A stretch of 64,000 nucleotides of DNA from Mytilus trossulus (Eukaryota). A program made the position numbers and the translations under genes. The stretch spans positions 36,890,001 through 36,954,000 of the forward strand of contig NC_086383.1 of the NCBI RefSeq assembly GCF_036588685.1. The letters run 5' to 3'. Below are positions 1 to 12,597 of this stretch, one piece after another. Position 1 is the stretch's first letter, and every line of letters starts with the position of its first letter. A model generated the notes under the pieces. It worked only from the letters and a program-made list of their open reading frames with translations. It was not told the origin of the DNA and ran no database searches.

Positions 1-112
1 GCGTACTAAATTATAGTCTTGGTACCATTATTACTATTTACTGTTTACTAACACATGTTACAGTAACAATATATTTTTTTATTTAAGATTGAACTCGGGA
101 CCATACCACATA

Positions 113-3100
113 TAGTACGGTGACCGAGTAAGGAAAAGTCGCTTATTTAAGGAGTTTAATTGTCATTCATACTATACGGCTATAAATCACAGTATTGGTA
201 GTTCAAAGGTTAAACTTAACATTTTGACTTGTAGTCAAAAAATCGCACGGTGCAATTTTCGTAAAATGGGCTTTGAAGTACGTTAGTTTACTTGAACGAA
301 AAATCGACTAAGAAAAGTTTAGAGGTCAACATTGTTAAATAACATCCGTGATATGATTTCTGTTATCATAAACATTGTTGTAACACATTATTCATGTTAT
401 TTTAACGATTTCAAATAAAGTTTAGCAAAATTAATTCGTTATTAAAGAGTTTTGGTAAAAGTTTAACACTACGACTACTTTGCATTTAAAAGAGTTCGTT
501 CCAATTTAATTTTATAATTTTCTTAACGCAAAATGTAAGATAATTAACATTTATATGATATTTCATACATTTGTACATTTGGTAATCCATTATATCGAAT
601 GCCATTGTCTCAGAAGCACTATTTCAACAATTCAAGCCAGACAAAATTCATAACGCTCATATGACGGAGCTATTCGAAGCTCATATACAGCCTCTTATAG
701 ATACATATACGTAATTGGGATGTGGTGTATTACTTACATTTACATACTGGAATATGCTCCTTAGAGCAGTAGACATTTAGCTGTCAAATGTTAGAGGGAT
801 ATTGGTCTCTTTCTTGAGATCGTCATCTCAAATGTAACATTATACTTTTGTAACCAACCGTACCGCACGTAGGTGGATATTCGATATACTTCAATTTTCT
901 GAGAACTTTCGATCACATTTTATAGATGGCTACTTTGCTTTTTAGACAGATTCCTGGACATTTTAACAGTGCTATGACATGGCAACAGAAAACACCGTTA
1001 TAAAAGCCTCAAGGGGATTAGGTGGCACTGTAGGCATAACAAATCAAAAGTCTGCGCTTGTTAGATGGACCCCTACTAGACATTTCATAAAATCCGTTAG
1101 TCGTGTAATGCTGAAAAGGGATGGAATTGCTGCAAGTTATGCAAATTCACAAGAAGAAACAAAGCCAACAGCAATTAAAAGAGATGAAGAACATGTTGTT
1201 GCCTTTGTGAACCATCTAAATGATCTATGACTGATCCCTTTGGTGTGAAATCTCACCCTCCATGTCTTATCAATATCTCTTCTTGAATACATGCTTCAAG
1301 ACATATTCGAGGTTCTTTGCTCACAGTTGTCGAGGAAGGCTTAAACATGTGTGAACATTTTATCACTAGTGCTCTTTCTTAAGATCTCAAGGAGTTTATA
1401 TAGTTCAATATCAAAGTCAAACACAAACCTTAAATATAAATCAGGGAAAATAGTTTCAGGTCGCATAAACCCATATCTTGTGATAAGACGTGCACTGATT
1501 TTGGCAAAATGAAGAGATGATGTTATCATAGAACATTTGTTGTCGCACCCATTCCATTATCCCTTTTTCAAAATGACGGCACCATGAGAAAAGCATGCAA
1601 GTCAGATTTTGTGAAGCAATTCGAATCTTAAGTCCCTTGTACACTTTCTCCACCTTCCTTTATACCATCACTCACAACTAAAATAAGAGATGGTATGGCA
1701 TTTGTTCAATTTATTAATGCTAAAAAAAGTAAAACATACGGCGTCCTTTAAAGCTTACTATTGAAAAATTTATCCCAATGAATTTCTATGGCGTAGCACA
1801 TGTTTTTGACCGCTACGACACGAACAACTCTATAAAGTCTGCCGAACGCCGCACAGAGACTACATGCAGCTTCCATCAAAGTGTATCGGATTATAGAGCG
1901 GAGAAGTATTCGGGGAATGTGTCAAAGAGACAACAACCCGACCATATAAAAAACAACAGCCACAGGTCTTAAATGTAGCGAGAAATTCCCGAACCCGGAG
2001 GCGTCCTTCAGCTGGCCCCTAAAACAAATATATACTAGTTCAGGGACCAACACTGTTCATACATTTGTAGCTGTCGTAGCTTGTTCAGCACCCAAGAGTC
2101 GGCCTATACCCAATGCCTTAAATTTTGACACGGACTTTAGGGAAATATTTAGTGGAAGAACAATAATACGGACCTCTTATACAATTGTAATTCTTCTGTG
2201 TATTCGCTACTATAAAAAAAAAAAGGTCACATACAAGCGAGTTGTGGTTGCAGATGTGGAACATTAGCAGTGTAAATAATTGGCGGAGATTTTCACCCAT
2301 TCAATAACTATGTGTCTGTCTTTCCCTAACAATTCGTTAACTATTGCCTGCTGCACATGTACTTACCGGATGCGACTCAACTTCGTCTCTGTTTGGAGAA
2401 GGTACTAGTATACAAACTGTCTACATGACTTCGAAGGTCACGCACGACTATTTCAGCTGTGTTTAGAGTTTCGGTAATACTGACAATGATGTTTTGGCAT
2501 GAAACATAATATCACAGGTTTATGATTAGAACTATCTCTTTAAAATCCCTCCATCATAATAATTATTCAAGTTTGCCACTAGTAAAGACTGATGTAAGTT
2601 TAATCAGGTTACCTTCCTGTGAGACGGCACTGAAACAGTATGTTTTACGTACTTCGTTTCAAACTAAAAATTGGACCGCATGGCTAAACCCCTATCCGGT
2701 CAAATTTAGAAGACGGTTGGCGAGAGTAAAATGATGCAGTACATCCCATATATATTAAGGGCATATTTCAGCAGAATTCTTGCAGGATCTTGTGTCTTCA
2801 TTGAAAGGAAAATCTGCATTTGAAAGAGTCAAGTGTTTGTTCATTATAAAACCTTATGTCCGGGGCTTTGATCCTGTAAAGGGTCAGGATTATTAAGAAA
2901 ATTTCAAATCATGTTCCTTGACAATTAACCAGAAGATATAATTCTGTTGTGTGGATCTCTTTGATTGGAATGTTGAATTGTAACTATTTTCGGAGTATTG
3001 AGTGCTTTTTAGTTTTAATGAATTTCCGGAATGATTTTATGCAAAATATGCCTTCAGGACAGTAGGATGCAGGTAAAATTAATATTTATATTATTTGATG

Positions 3101-3516
3101 AGGGTGAATGTCAGCATGCAAGGTAACTATTGTAATTTCAACAGAATATGCGTTGATTTTGTGTAATAGAACAAGTATTTGAAAAACGCCAATTTCCAAA
3201 AAAAAATCGATTTCTTATTCATTTTTTTTTTTAACATTTTCGAGATAATTCATTGATAATTTTTAGAAGAAAATGTCTGTATATAGAATTTAACCTAAAT
3301 TGTTATATATATTTCTTCAAATTTTGAAAGTATGGAAGAAAAAAATAAACACAAAATTTGACCTTTGACCTCATTTTATGCAAAACTGTTACCACATTTC
3401 TTTTTGACGACATCGATATTTCAATAGTACTCATTTTCCCGAATCCAATGATATATAATATAGCCATATAGTATGTTTGACGAATCTAAAAAATATTGGG
3501 TCTGGTCACCGTACTA
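113..3516 (+). mobile_element. Degenerate Academ-type DNA transposon (transposase + XPG-like nuclease + Cys-cluster relics)
   Basis: 13-bp TIRs TAGTACGGTGACC (113-125) / GGTCACCGTACTA (3504-3516) and 3-bp TSD ATA on both sides. Frameshifted coding relics: DMAxExT...GGTVGITNQKSALVRW (~976-1070), VFDRYD..NSIKSAERR (~1800-1850), LLPAAHVLTGCDSTSSLFG (2341-2397, XPG/FEN H3TH motif), LPSCETALKQYVLR (~2610-2650). Confidence 0.8.
1910..2043. repeat. Fragment of an abundant interspersed repeat inserted in the Academ relic
   Basis: GGGGAATGTGTCAAAGAGACAACAACCCGACC...CAGCTGGCCCCTAAA block interrupts the XPG-like coding relic; recognised as a common mussel-type repeat. Confidence 0.5.
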
Positions 3517-4591
3517 ATAACGCAACTGCTCGTCAAAAGTATCTTATAGAACGTCATAAACTTGGTAGGTTGTACTATTTCTTCAGGAACCAAGCGCCCT
3601 TTATCGATCAATCCTCTTGTAAAACAGGAACAATAGTAATTGTTATAATTGACTCATATTTAATCATATCTTACAACTAAACGCTTGTAGGGTGCGTGAT
3701 CCCTGTTATACTAGTAAGTATCACTCAACTCGATCGAAACAAGACACTGCTTTTATTAAAAGCCCTGTTTATTACGAAACTAAAGAAGTTCATGTCGTCA
3801 CAGATAATTATTAAAGAAGATAAAAAGAAGATTGCAAAAAAAGGAAGTTTCAACAGACATTTCAATCATGATGATGAACGATTGAAATAAATAAATTAAA
3901 CATATTTAAAGCTTATCAGTTGTTATGGTTGGCATTTGTTTTGTATAGACCAATGAAAGTAGGTTCTCAATACTAACGTTATTGAATAGTTGGAAACTTG
4001 TATAGGTCACTAGTCTAAATACGACCTGTTAAGATAGTCGATAAGATAAATTGTTTACATGGTGTGCTAGTGACCTAATACGATATATATGGGGTCAGTT
4101 TTTTTTTTATGTTATTTCGAATAGACAGAAAAAATATTACAGTCATTTCTTATAATTTAATTATAAATTCCATTTTAAACCGTTGATAACCATGAAAAAT
4201 CGTTGATGACGTCACGGTCACATGACTAAATTATGTCTACGGGCTCATAACAAAATAACGTCATCTAATCAGAAGACGCGTTACATCCAAAAAATTAAAT
4301 TATCTTAAAAGGGAAGTTATAAGACTAGTACTTGACATTTGATATCCAGTTATCTGGTAAAATTTCCTAAATTAAAAAAAATTCATCCCATAGATTGATA
4401 AAAAATCCATTTTTCTCGATAAATTCACTAAATGATATACTTGCTATTGTGTGTATTAAAAATATTCAGCTCAAGGTGCAACGGTAAAATGTTCTGGTCA
4501 ATTCGGATAATTATAACCATTTAAGATTTAATTAAATCTTTTAACTAGAATCTATACTACACACAATATATTGATAACGGTAGTTATTTCA

Positions 4592-4797
4592 TTTTAGTTT
4601 AGTTTAAACATATTTATTTATAGTTTTGCAACTTATATTTATCTTGTCAACGTTGGGGGTGCGAGTGTTGCCTTGTAGCGGCATTAGCCTACTCTTTTTC
4701 CAACTCTACAAGGGTGTCTTTGACGTGCAAGATATATGGCGCTCTCTTAACACGGGTCAGCCATTTATCGTCCCCTTCCGACGGCCTATCATCGTAT
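4592..4797 (-). mobile_element. MetaSINE-like SINE, 5'-truncated
   Basis: Meta-domain-like core (GGTGTCTTTGACGTGCA...CACGGGTCAGCCATTTATCGTCCCCTTCCGACGG). Minus-strand 3' tail AAATAAATATGTTTAAACTAAACTAAA. Paralog at ~26240-26490. Confidence 0.65.
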
Positions 4798-4869
4798 ATT
4801 TTGAAAGGGCTTCTGGACATATTGACAGGGTATGAGCACAAAATGAATAAAATTCTTACGAAAATCACA

Positions 4870-5347
4870 CATTGTGTCTTTTTGTGTCGGAATGTATAAG
4901 TACCCAGCCACGTCCATTTGTATTTTTTGTCTATCTAATGAGCTAAGCCTTTTTCAACTGATTTTTATAGTTCGTTCTTATGTTGTACTGTTATACCACT
5001 GTCCAAGGTTAGGGGAGGGTTGGGTCCCGCTAACATGTTTAACCCCGCCACATAATTTATGTATGTGCCTGTCCCAAGTCATGAGCCTCTAATTCAGTGG
5101 TTGTCGTTTGTTCATGTGTTACATATTTGTTTTTCGTTCATTTTTTTTCACATAAATAAGGCCGTTAGTTTTCTCGTTTGATTTGTTTTACATTGTCTTA
5201 TCGGGGCATTTTATAGCTGACTATGCGGTATGGGCTTTGTTCATTGTTGAAGCCGTACGGTAACCTACAGTTGTTAATGTTTGTGTCATTTTGGTCTTTT
5301 GTGGATAGTTGTCTCATTGGTAATCATACCACATCTTCTTTTTTATA
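4870..5347 (+). repeat. High-copy interspersed repeat (non-autonomous element ending CTCATTGG.AATCATACCACATCTTCTTTTT)
   Basis: Homologous copies at ~9100-9270(-), 18170-18420(-), 27155-27420(-), 36500-36740(-), 54745-54925(-) and 59689-59878(+). Confidence 0.8.
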
Positions 5348-5897
5348 TTTCATCAAAATTAATTCATATTGTGTCTTTGAGTTTTTAATACTGTTTCACC
5401 CAACTTGTACAGTCGTGTTCTGTATATGCTTAAATTTGTCCAATCACACGGATCCTTGCTTTCGGTCATAACACAAAAGTACAATTTGTATTGGTTGATT
5501 CTACGATAAGCGTACTCGAAATCTTAATTGATCAGGAAAGGATTCTATCTATATTACGATAAACTCGTTCACTTTTACAGACTTCGAGAGTTGTGGTTAA
5601 GTTAAGAAGATTGTAATGATAAGACTATTCGACACACATCGACAAATTGCTAAAACATTTAGTGCGACTTGTTGTTAAAAATTATTAGTGACGGAAGGAA
5701 GAAAATTACATGTTCATCTTAAAGTACATATATATATTGTTGATTATGTACAGGACTGCCATTCAAAAACCGCAGAGCAGAAAACTGACAAGAGATAAAT
5801 AAAAAAAAAACACATTTTGGTAAGATACTTCCTACTTACTTCGAAGTGAGATATGTTTGGTACATAAACTGTGGAGCAAAACATTTAATCAGGAGAT

Positions 5898-7322
5898 ATG
5901 AATAACAGGACTACGGTAAAGTTTGGTGAACTTGACAGAGTGAACGATGAAATGGCTGCAGTTTTACTTCCGGTTATATTAATTGTTGGTGTTTATATGA
6001 TTGCAGGAATATTTGGAAACCCTCTAGTAATATATTATTATGGTGTTTTCGTGAAACCTTCTCCATCATTTCATTTTATCGTTACAATGGCCGTGTTTGA
6101 TCTTATTGTTTGCCTTGTGTCTATGCCGTTAGAAATCGTTGACATGAGATTTAATTATAAATTTCCGGACGCAACAGCATGTAAAATTTTCAGATTTGGG
6201 AATTACTTTTGTAGCATGGCATCAAGTTTTATTCTCATTGCAATAGCCGCTGATAGATATAGGAAAGTATGTCAGCCATTTCACACCCAAATAACTTTTA
6301 ACACAGCCAAAATTATAACAGGATGTTTATGTTTGGCGGCCTTCTTTATCGCAAGCCCATCATTTATTATTTACGACATTCGTACCGTAAATATCAGTGC
6401 TACATCTGGATTAGTAGGATATGACTGCACAGCCATAAGAGAGGCTCGATATACGCTTTACATATCAATATTCAATGGAATATGTTTTCTTATTTTCATT
6501 TGTTGCATCACCACGCTGACTGTTTTGTACATTCTTATAGCAAAGAAATTATGGCATCTAAAACGATTTCGTGTTGAGGATACTACTCGGAAAATCTCTA
6601 ATATGCCGTATACACCGCCTACCAGTTCATTTGATCTAGAGTCGTATAACAAACCATGTAAATCACATTCTGCTGTTTTCAGGTCAACTGGTGCTGTTCC
6701 GGTCAACATCAAAGCATCAAACGATGACAAAAATATCCTCCAAGGATGCAGCGATAAGAAAAATTCCGAAATAGCGTGTTCTCCAACTGGTAAACATTTT
6801 GATTCCGAAACACCTTTTACAAAACTTAGAGGAGTCGTTTTACATTGCTGTGTTAATAGCAAAATACAAAATTTAGATAACGAATTTCACGAGCCTGGAA
6901 CAATGGAAATATCAACTAATATTACAGATCTAGATACAGAGGCAAGAAAAAGGCACATTAGGAACAGCAAAAACAAAATCCACCAGCAGTATATACATCT
7001 TAAAAAGTATACATTATTGATGGTATCAATAAGTGTAGGTTTTATTGTTAGTTTCCTACCCTATCTTGGTTTAATGACATGGCAGACGTTAATTTCTCAG
7101 TATGAAGTTGATTTAATGTCCAATCTTGAACTGGTTCTTTATAATATCTTTTTTCGTTCGTGGTTAATATCTAGTGTTGTTAACCCAATAATTTACGGAT
7201 TTTTCAACACAGAGTTTAGGTCATTTTTCTTTAAGAATATTAGAAAATGTATTTGTTTTTGTTTCATTAAATCAACAGGAGCGGATATTCAATCTAAACA
7301 GGAGGCATCCCAAACAATTTAA
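5898..7322 (+). CDS. Class A GPCR paralog 1 (CCK-receptor-like orphan), 474 aa, intronless CDS
   Basis: Seven hydrophobic segments; GN (TM1), MAVFD (TM2), DRY (TM3), ECL2 Cys (GYDC), SFLPY (TM6), NPIIY (TM7); long ICL3; AATAAA at ~7364. Confidence 0.93.
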   Translation: MNNRTTVKFGELDRVNDEMAAVLLPVILIVGVYMIAGIFGNPLVIYYYGVFVKPSPSFHFIVTMAVFDLIVCLVSMPLEIVDMRFNYKFPDATACKIFRFGNYFCSMASSFILIAIAADRYRKVCQPFHTQITFNTAKIITGCLCLAAFFIASPSFIIYDIRTVNISATSGLVGYDCTAIREARYTLYISIFNGICFLIFICCITTLTVLYILIAKKLWHLKRFRVEDTTRKISNMPYTPPTSSFDLESYNKPCKSHSAVFRSTGAVPVNIKASNDDKNILQGCSDKKNSEIACSPTGKHFDSETPFTKLRGVVLHCCVNSKIQNLDNEFHEPGTMEISTNITDLDTEARKRHIRNSKNKIHQQYIHLKKYTLLMVSISVGFIVSFLPYLGLMTWQTLISQYEVDLMSNLELVLYNIFFRSWLISSVVNPIIYGFFNTEFRSFFFKNIRKCICFCFIKSTGADIQSKQEASQTI

Positions 7323-8114
7323 TTGTAACAATCTGCAATGATTCCAATATTCATGTATCGTTTAATAAATGATTAATAAAAACAGAATATATTATGAAAA
7401 ATTAGTTTGATATTTAATACGAACAGCTGAAATTAAATAGCTTCATTTAATAATTTTAAAGTTCTATTAGTCCGTTTTTCTTTGAATAAAAAAATCTTAA
7501 TTTTGTTGTTCATTTTTTAACGGTGCGTCTCCTAAAAAGCTCATCTAATAGAAAAAGCTTAAAATTTGATACAAGATTATTATAAGTAATCCTATAGGAC
7601 TGTGCTGGTGTTTTTTTTCAGTGTTTTAACCTGTTCGTCATTTAAGAAGAGATGTGTATTGTCGCCTTTTTTTTTAACCTGACTAAATTGCAGCCTTATT
7701 TGTCATCTTGCCAGCCTATTTTACAAGACCAATTTCCGATAAAAATAGATTTTAACTCATATGCGTCTCTAAGAAAAAAGACTGTATATTATATTAACTA
7801 GAAATGGAAAAGCATGGCTGACAGCTGTAATAAAATGAAAGAAATTTGGCTTAAATTGATTATTTGAATTGTTTGTTTAAAAGCATAAAATTCTGGAAAA
7901 GTCTATCTTTTCTAAGGGGTGTAATTTGTTTTCATATAATTGTTAATGTTTGATATAAATTTCGATTATGTACATAGTGTGTGTAGTTTTTCATTTTACA
8001 TTATACGACCAGCCACAAAAAATAAGACAGAGCAGCATTGATCGATTAATGTATTGGAGTTTTTTTAAGTGTTATTATGAATAAGTTTTTTTCTATATAT
8101 TATTAAAAAGTTAG

Positions 8115-8362
8115 ATAACAAAAATACTGCACTCCGCGGAATATTCAAAAAGGAAAGTCACTCATTACTATGTAAATGGTAGTACGCAAAGCTTAAGACA
8201 TCAAACGAATAGATAACTACTTGTACATTCCAGAGTTGGTACAGGCATTTTCATATGTAGAATTTAGAACCTTTTTTTGTAGATAGCTTTACACTCCCAC
8301 TTGTATGACAAATCAAATTCTATTATATCAACAAAGATGTGGGATCAAAACAAACAGACACA
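8115..8362. repeat. Second interspersed repeat family (ACAAAAATACTG.ACTCCG.GGAA... type)
   Basis: Related segments at ~8995-9075, ~9380-9720 and, inverted, ~60310-60640. Confidence 0.6.
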
Positions 8363-8867
8363 TATATACTTTAATTAAAGCAACGCCCATTTGAAACAAT
8401 TGGTAGGATGAAGGTTCTTAGAATAAGTACGTCTGTTTGCCAATAACAAAATGCTGATGAATAATGTGTGCATTAAACTACAGGTTATAGATTTTTACAA
8501 AAGTAAATCTATAAACGCCAAAATATTAGCGAGTCTAGCAAAAATTGAAAAATCAAAATTACGTTCGAAAAAAAACCCTGTAGACCCCAAAAACATATCC
8601 TGTTATGGAACAGACTAGCGAACGGATACATAGAAAAAAAAACATAAGCCCCTCTTGTTTTATCGCAGGCGGTGATAAAAACTATTTTTTTTCAAAAGCG
8701 CTTCTATAAGATAGCAAATGTTGAGGTTAAAGAAGTTTTTTATTTAATTGTTGATAAATTGTGACAGTACCTTGTATGAAACAAAAAAACAATTATATGT
8801 CCGCAACAGTAAACATTTCCTGTTCTCATTTTCACATTGTTTGACTCGGATCGACGGAGAGCTTAAC

Positions 8868-8892
8868 ATATATATATATATATATATATATA
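8868..8892. repeat. (TA)n microsatellite
   Basis: About 12 consecutive TA/AT units. Confidence 0.9.
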
Positions 8893-9810
8893 GCATAGAC
8901 ACCAAGCAATTGACCTAGACTTTAGATGCACTTTTGTAATGTATGTCGTTTGGTTTCTCTCTTGTTGAAACGGACCTATATATAAAAAAGTATAATCACA
9001 AAAATACTGAACTCCGAGGAAAATAAAATCGGTAAGTCTCTAATCACATGGCAAAATCAAATAAAACACATCAAAAACGCAAGGTCAACAGTGTGGAATG
9101 AGTGTCGATTAAACAACTCTCCAGACATGTCACAATTGTCTTAAAAGTAAAACATTATAGATCAAAGTACGGTCTTCAACCCGGAGCCGTGGCTCATAAC
9201 GAACAGAAGCTATAAAAAGGCTCTCAAAATGACTAATGTTAAAGCATTCAAACGGGAAAACCAACGGAATAATCTTTTTTAAACGTAATCGATTGTTAGT
9301 GTACCAATCAAGTAATCCGGCTCAGACGAACAACACGAACACATCTGTAAAAGTTACAGTTCACTTTCAAATACTTGGTACATGCAATAAACCCACTTGT
9401 AAATGGTGGATTGAACCTGGTTTGATAGCTACTTAAACCTCTCACTTGTATGACAGTCGCATCAAATGTCATTATATTGAAAACCATGCGTGACCAAAAC
9501 AAACATAAATTATATAATACTAGTAAATGAAAATGTCAAAAATACAGCAGTCAACATTGTGTTAAATCTTATTCACTACAAACCAAAAAAATATGTAACA
9601 AAGAGGCACACATTGGCATATATACCAAGCATATTAGCAAAAAAATAAAGACAAGAATACACAAACTTACCATAGTACAATAACACAATGACGGGATGTA
9701 TAAGTACAGAGCTACGTCATTTATGTAACAAAGTATTATAAAAAGGCATAGTCAATATTATAGAGATTGTTTTCTCTGGATACATGGATGCTGCTTGCAG
9801 AACGTTCTGA

Positions 9811-9886
9811 TTGTTAGCATTATAACGCTCACAGTAATTTATAATATGGTTCGAAAAAAACTTTGCCATCTAAAAAGATTCCGATT
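9811..9886 (+). pseudogene. 76-bp GPCR fragment (TM5/ICL3 junction) closest to paralog 2
   Basis: Ungapped match to 11744-11819 with 9 mismatches in 76 nt; VSIITLTVIYNMVRKKLCHLKRFR vs VSIITLTVLYILVGKKLCHLKRFR. Confidence 0.8.
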
Positions 9887-11136
9887 GTTTACATGTACTG
9901 GCGGTTATTATATTGACCTACATTTTGTAATTCTTCTTTTTTTAAATGACTCATTTATAAATCCACTTGTATTTAATCTATGCATAAATATTAAATAATA
10001 TTTATCAATCCGTCAACACGATAGAACCTTCATTTTGATTTTTGATGGCAGTCATCTTGAAAAAGGTCAATTTGAATTTAAAGTTGGGTTCATAGCTATT
10101 ATTGTTTAAATATCAAGTACTACATGCAAAATTTAACAGTATTATGAGATAACTGTACATTTTAATATCCACAGTTAAGAAAATGTGGCATATGAGTGTA
10201 ATGAATCATTACAAATTTGAGTTCATAAGTTGTAATACCATATTGGTTTATCCATATTAGTCTTATAGTGTTAAATTTGTACTATTAAAAAACAATTGTA
10301 CAGAACCTATCTTTGTTTCAAATAAAACAAATACTTGGCATGAGTATAGTTTTATCCTGTCGTGTACTATAGACTAAATTTCACAGACCATTTGATCGCA
10401 TATAAGAAAATAATCACCACTGGAAGAAAACCAACCATATTATCATCTCTCTTCACAGGCTTTAGTAACCATGATACCTCAAGTTTTCAAAATATTCTAG
10501 AGAAACACCAAATTAAAAAGGATTGGTGATTTCAAACACCCAAGATATATGTTTAGGACTAAGAAACTTTGTATTGCCATGAAATGAAGAATTATTTTCC
10601 TTCAATTGTCAAATTCAATGGAATACTAATTATCGACTTTTTTCGTATGCCACCGGTATAGACGTACTATGATTTGGTGGTATTTCGCCATAATAAAACA
10701 TGATTGAAAGTTAAGATTAAAACGGAAGACATTTGATACTGAAGTAATTGACCTGTTTTCCCATTAAACTACGCATCTTCCTTCTCTATCAGCAGGCGTG
10801 TACTTCCTTTATTTTGACCACTTGTCAATCTAAGTACTCATTTAAAGTGGACTTGTGCATTATTTGAAGCACGTAGAATAAATTTGAAATATATATTTAA
10901 AGATTCATGATGTATGAGCGATATTTATAATAAAGAATATGTGAAATGATGAAGATTATAAGAAATCGTCTTATAATTGCGATTTGGATTTTAGATATAG
11001 TTCACTATCTAATTTGTATGGATTTACTATCGTTGACTAGTTTTAATATTATATAGTGTTAAACAATAGAGCCGTCAATGGCGAAATCAACATAAATCAA
11101 CATCGTAAACCTTCTACAATTTAAAATTCAGTGAGG

Positions 11137-12597
11137 ATGGATAATTCTACAGGGCTAAATGTTACTGCTAACGATCTTGATATGGCGAACGATGAAATGG
11201 CTGTTATTTTACAACCAGTAATAGCAATTGTCTGTATTTATATGGTTGTAGGTGTATTAGGAAATCCTTTAGTTATATATTATTATGGATTCTCTGTTAA
11301 ACCGTCTCCATCCTACAATTTCATCGTCCTCGTAGCAGTGTTTGATCTTATAATATGTTGTATTTGCATACCATTGGAAATTGTAGATATGATGTTCAGT
11401 TATAAATTTCCAAGTGCAATTGGATGTAAAATTTTCCGATTCGTAAACTACTTTTCTAGTGTTGGTACTGGTTTGGTGCTAATTGCGATAGCTGTTGATA
11501 GATATCGTAAGGTTTGTCAGCCATTTAAAACGCAAATTACTATGAAAATGGCAAAAATAGTCATACTTCTTGTGTGTTTTGCCTCGGTTTGTATCTCTTG
11601 GCCGGGTTTTGTATTTTACGACATACATGCCGTAAACATTTCGTCTTTTCCCGGATTAATTGGATATGATTGCACTACAATACGAGAAAAGCAATACAAA
11701 TTGTATATATTAATTTTCAATGGGGTATGTTTTCTCATTTTCCTTGTTAGTATTATAACGCTCACAGTACTTTATATTCTTGTTGGAAAGAAACTTTGCC
11801 ATCTGAAAAGATTTCGATTTTCGACTACAACTCAGAAATCATCTAAGAATATCGAAACCCCGCCGACTAGTTCAAGTGAGATACATAGCCATAGTGGAAG
11901 GTTTAAACATGACATTAAACCAACTCAAAAACCTATACAACTATTGCAGATAATCAAGACTAAAGATGCAAACTATAATGCTTCGGTATATAGTCAAGGA
12001 AAACGACAAACACATGTGTCTTCTCCTGAAAGGACTCTGAATTCAAACAACATAACGCCATTATTAACGGGAAAAGACAATACTATCCTCTCAACTTTGA
12101 ATAGCACAAGTACAAAAGTAGAAAATTCGCCTACTAATTTACAGCCTAAAACACTGAACATTATGTCTGATTTCACGGATTCTGACTCTGACACCAGAAA
12201 TTCAAAATATGAGTCTAGAAATATCAGACAGAGAAGCCTGGTACAAAGGAAAAAGAAAGTTCGAGATCAGTATATACATTTAAAGAAATACACGTTATTA
12301 ATGTTTTCAGTCAGTTTGGCATTCATTTTGAGTTTTCTCCCTTACCTTGCCTTGATGACTTGGCGTACACTTGTGCCACAACATGAAGGAAACCTGATGA
12401 CAAAAGACCAACTTGTTGCATATAACATATTTCTACGATCCTGGATTATTAGTAGTGTGGTGAATCCTTTGATATACGGATTTTTCAATGCTGATTTCAG
12501 TTCATTTGTCTTTGGTGGTTTGCAAAGATGTATTTTTTGCGGAAATAAGCAAAAATACGAAACTAATTCAAAACAAGAATCGTCACGTACAACTTGA
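11137..12597 (+). CDS. Class A GPCR paralog 2, 486 aa from first ATG
   Basis: Same 7TM motifs (GNPLV, AVFD, DRY, SWP, GYDC, SFLPY, NPLIY). The ORF-track GTG start at 11131 is replaced by the ATG at 11137. Confidence 0.93.
   Translation: MDNSTGLNVTANDLDMANDEMAVILQPVIAIVCIYMVVGVLGNPLVIYYYGFSVKPSPSYNFIVLVAVFDLIICCICIPLEIVDMMFSYKFPSAIGCKIFRFVNYFSSVGTGLVLIAIAVDRYRKVCQPFKTQITMKMAKIVILLVCFASVCISWPGFVFYDIHAVNISSFPGLIGYDCTTIREKQYKLYILIFNGVCFLIFLVSIITLTVLYILVGKKLCHLKRFRFSTTTQKSSKNIETPPTSSSEIHSHSGRFKHDIKPTQKPIQLLQIIKTKDANYNASVYSQGKRQTHVSSPERTLNSNNITPLLTGKDNTILSTLNSTSTKVENSPTNLQPKTLNIMSDFTDSDSDTRNSKYESRNIRQRSLVQRKKKVRDQYIHLKKYTLLMFSVSLAFILSFLPYLALMTWRTLVPQHEGNLMTKDQLVAYNIFLRSWIISSVVNPLIYGFFNADFSSFVFGGLQRCIFCGNKQKYETNSKQESSRTT

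Noticed and set aside
4626-5471. Short ORFs with paralogs elsewhere in the window (26326, 36541)
   Set aside because: The similarity comes from SINE and repeat copies, not from protein conservation.
6458-6862. Antisense ORFs over the GPCRs and LINEs (also 11994, 15991, 29734, 45553, 53472 and others)
   Set aside because: Shadow frames of real coding sequence with no recognisable motifs.
5898-7322. Assigning the CCKAR gene symbol to the GPCRs
   Set aside because: TM5 and TM6 motifs differ from true CCK receptors, and orthology cannot be shown without a phylogeny.
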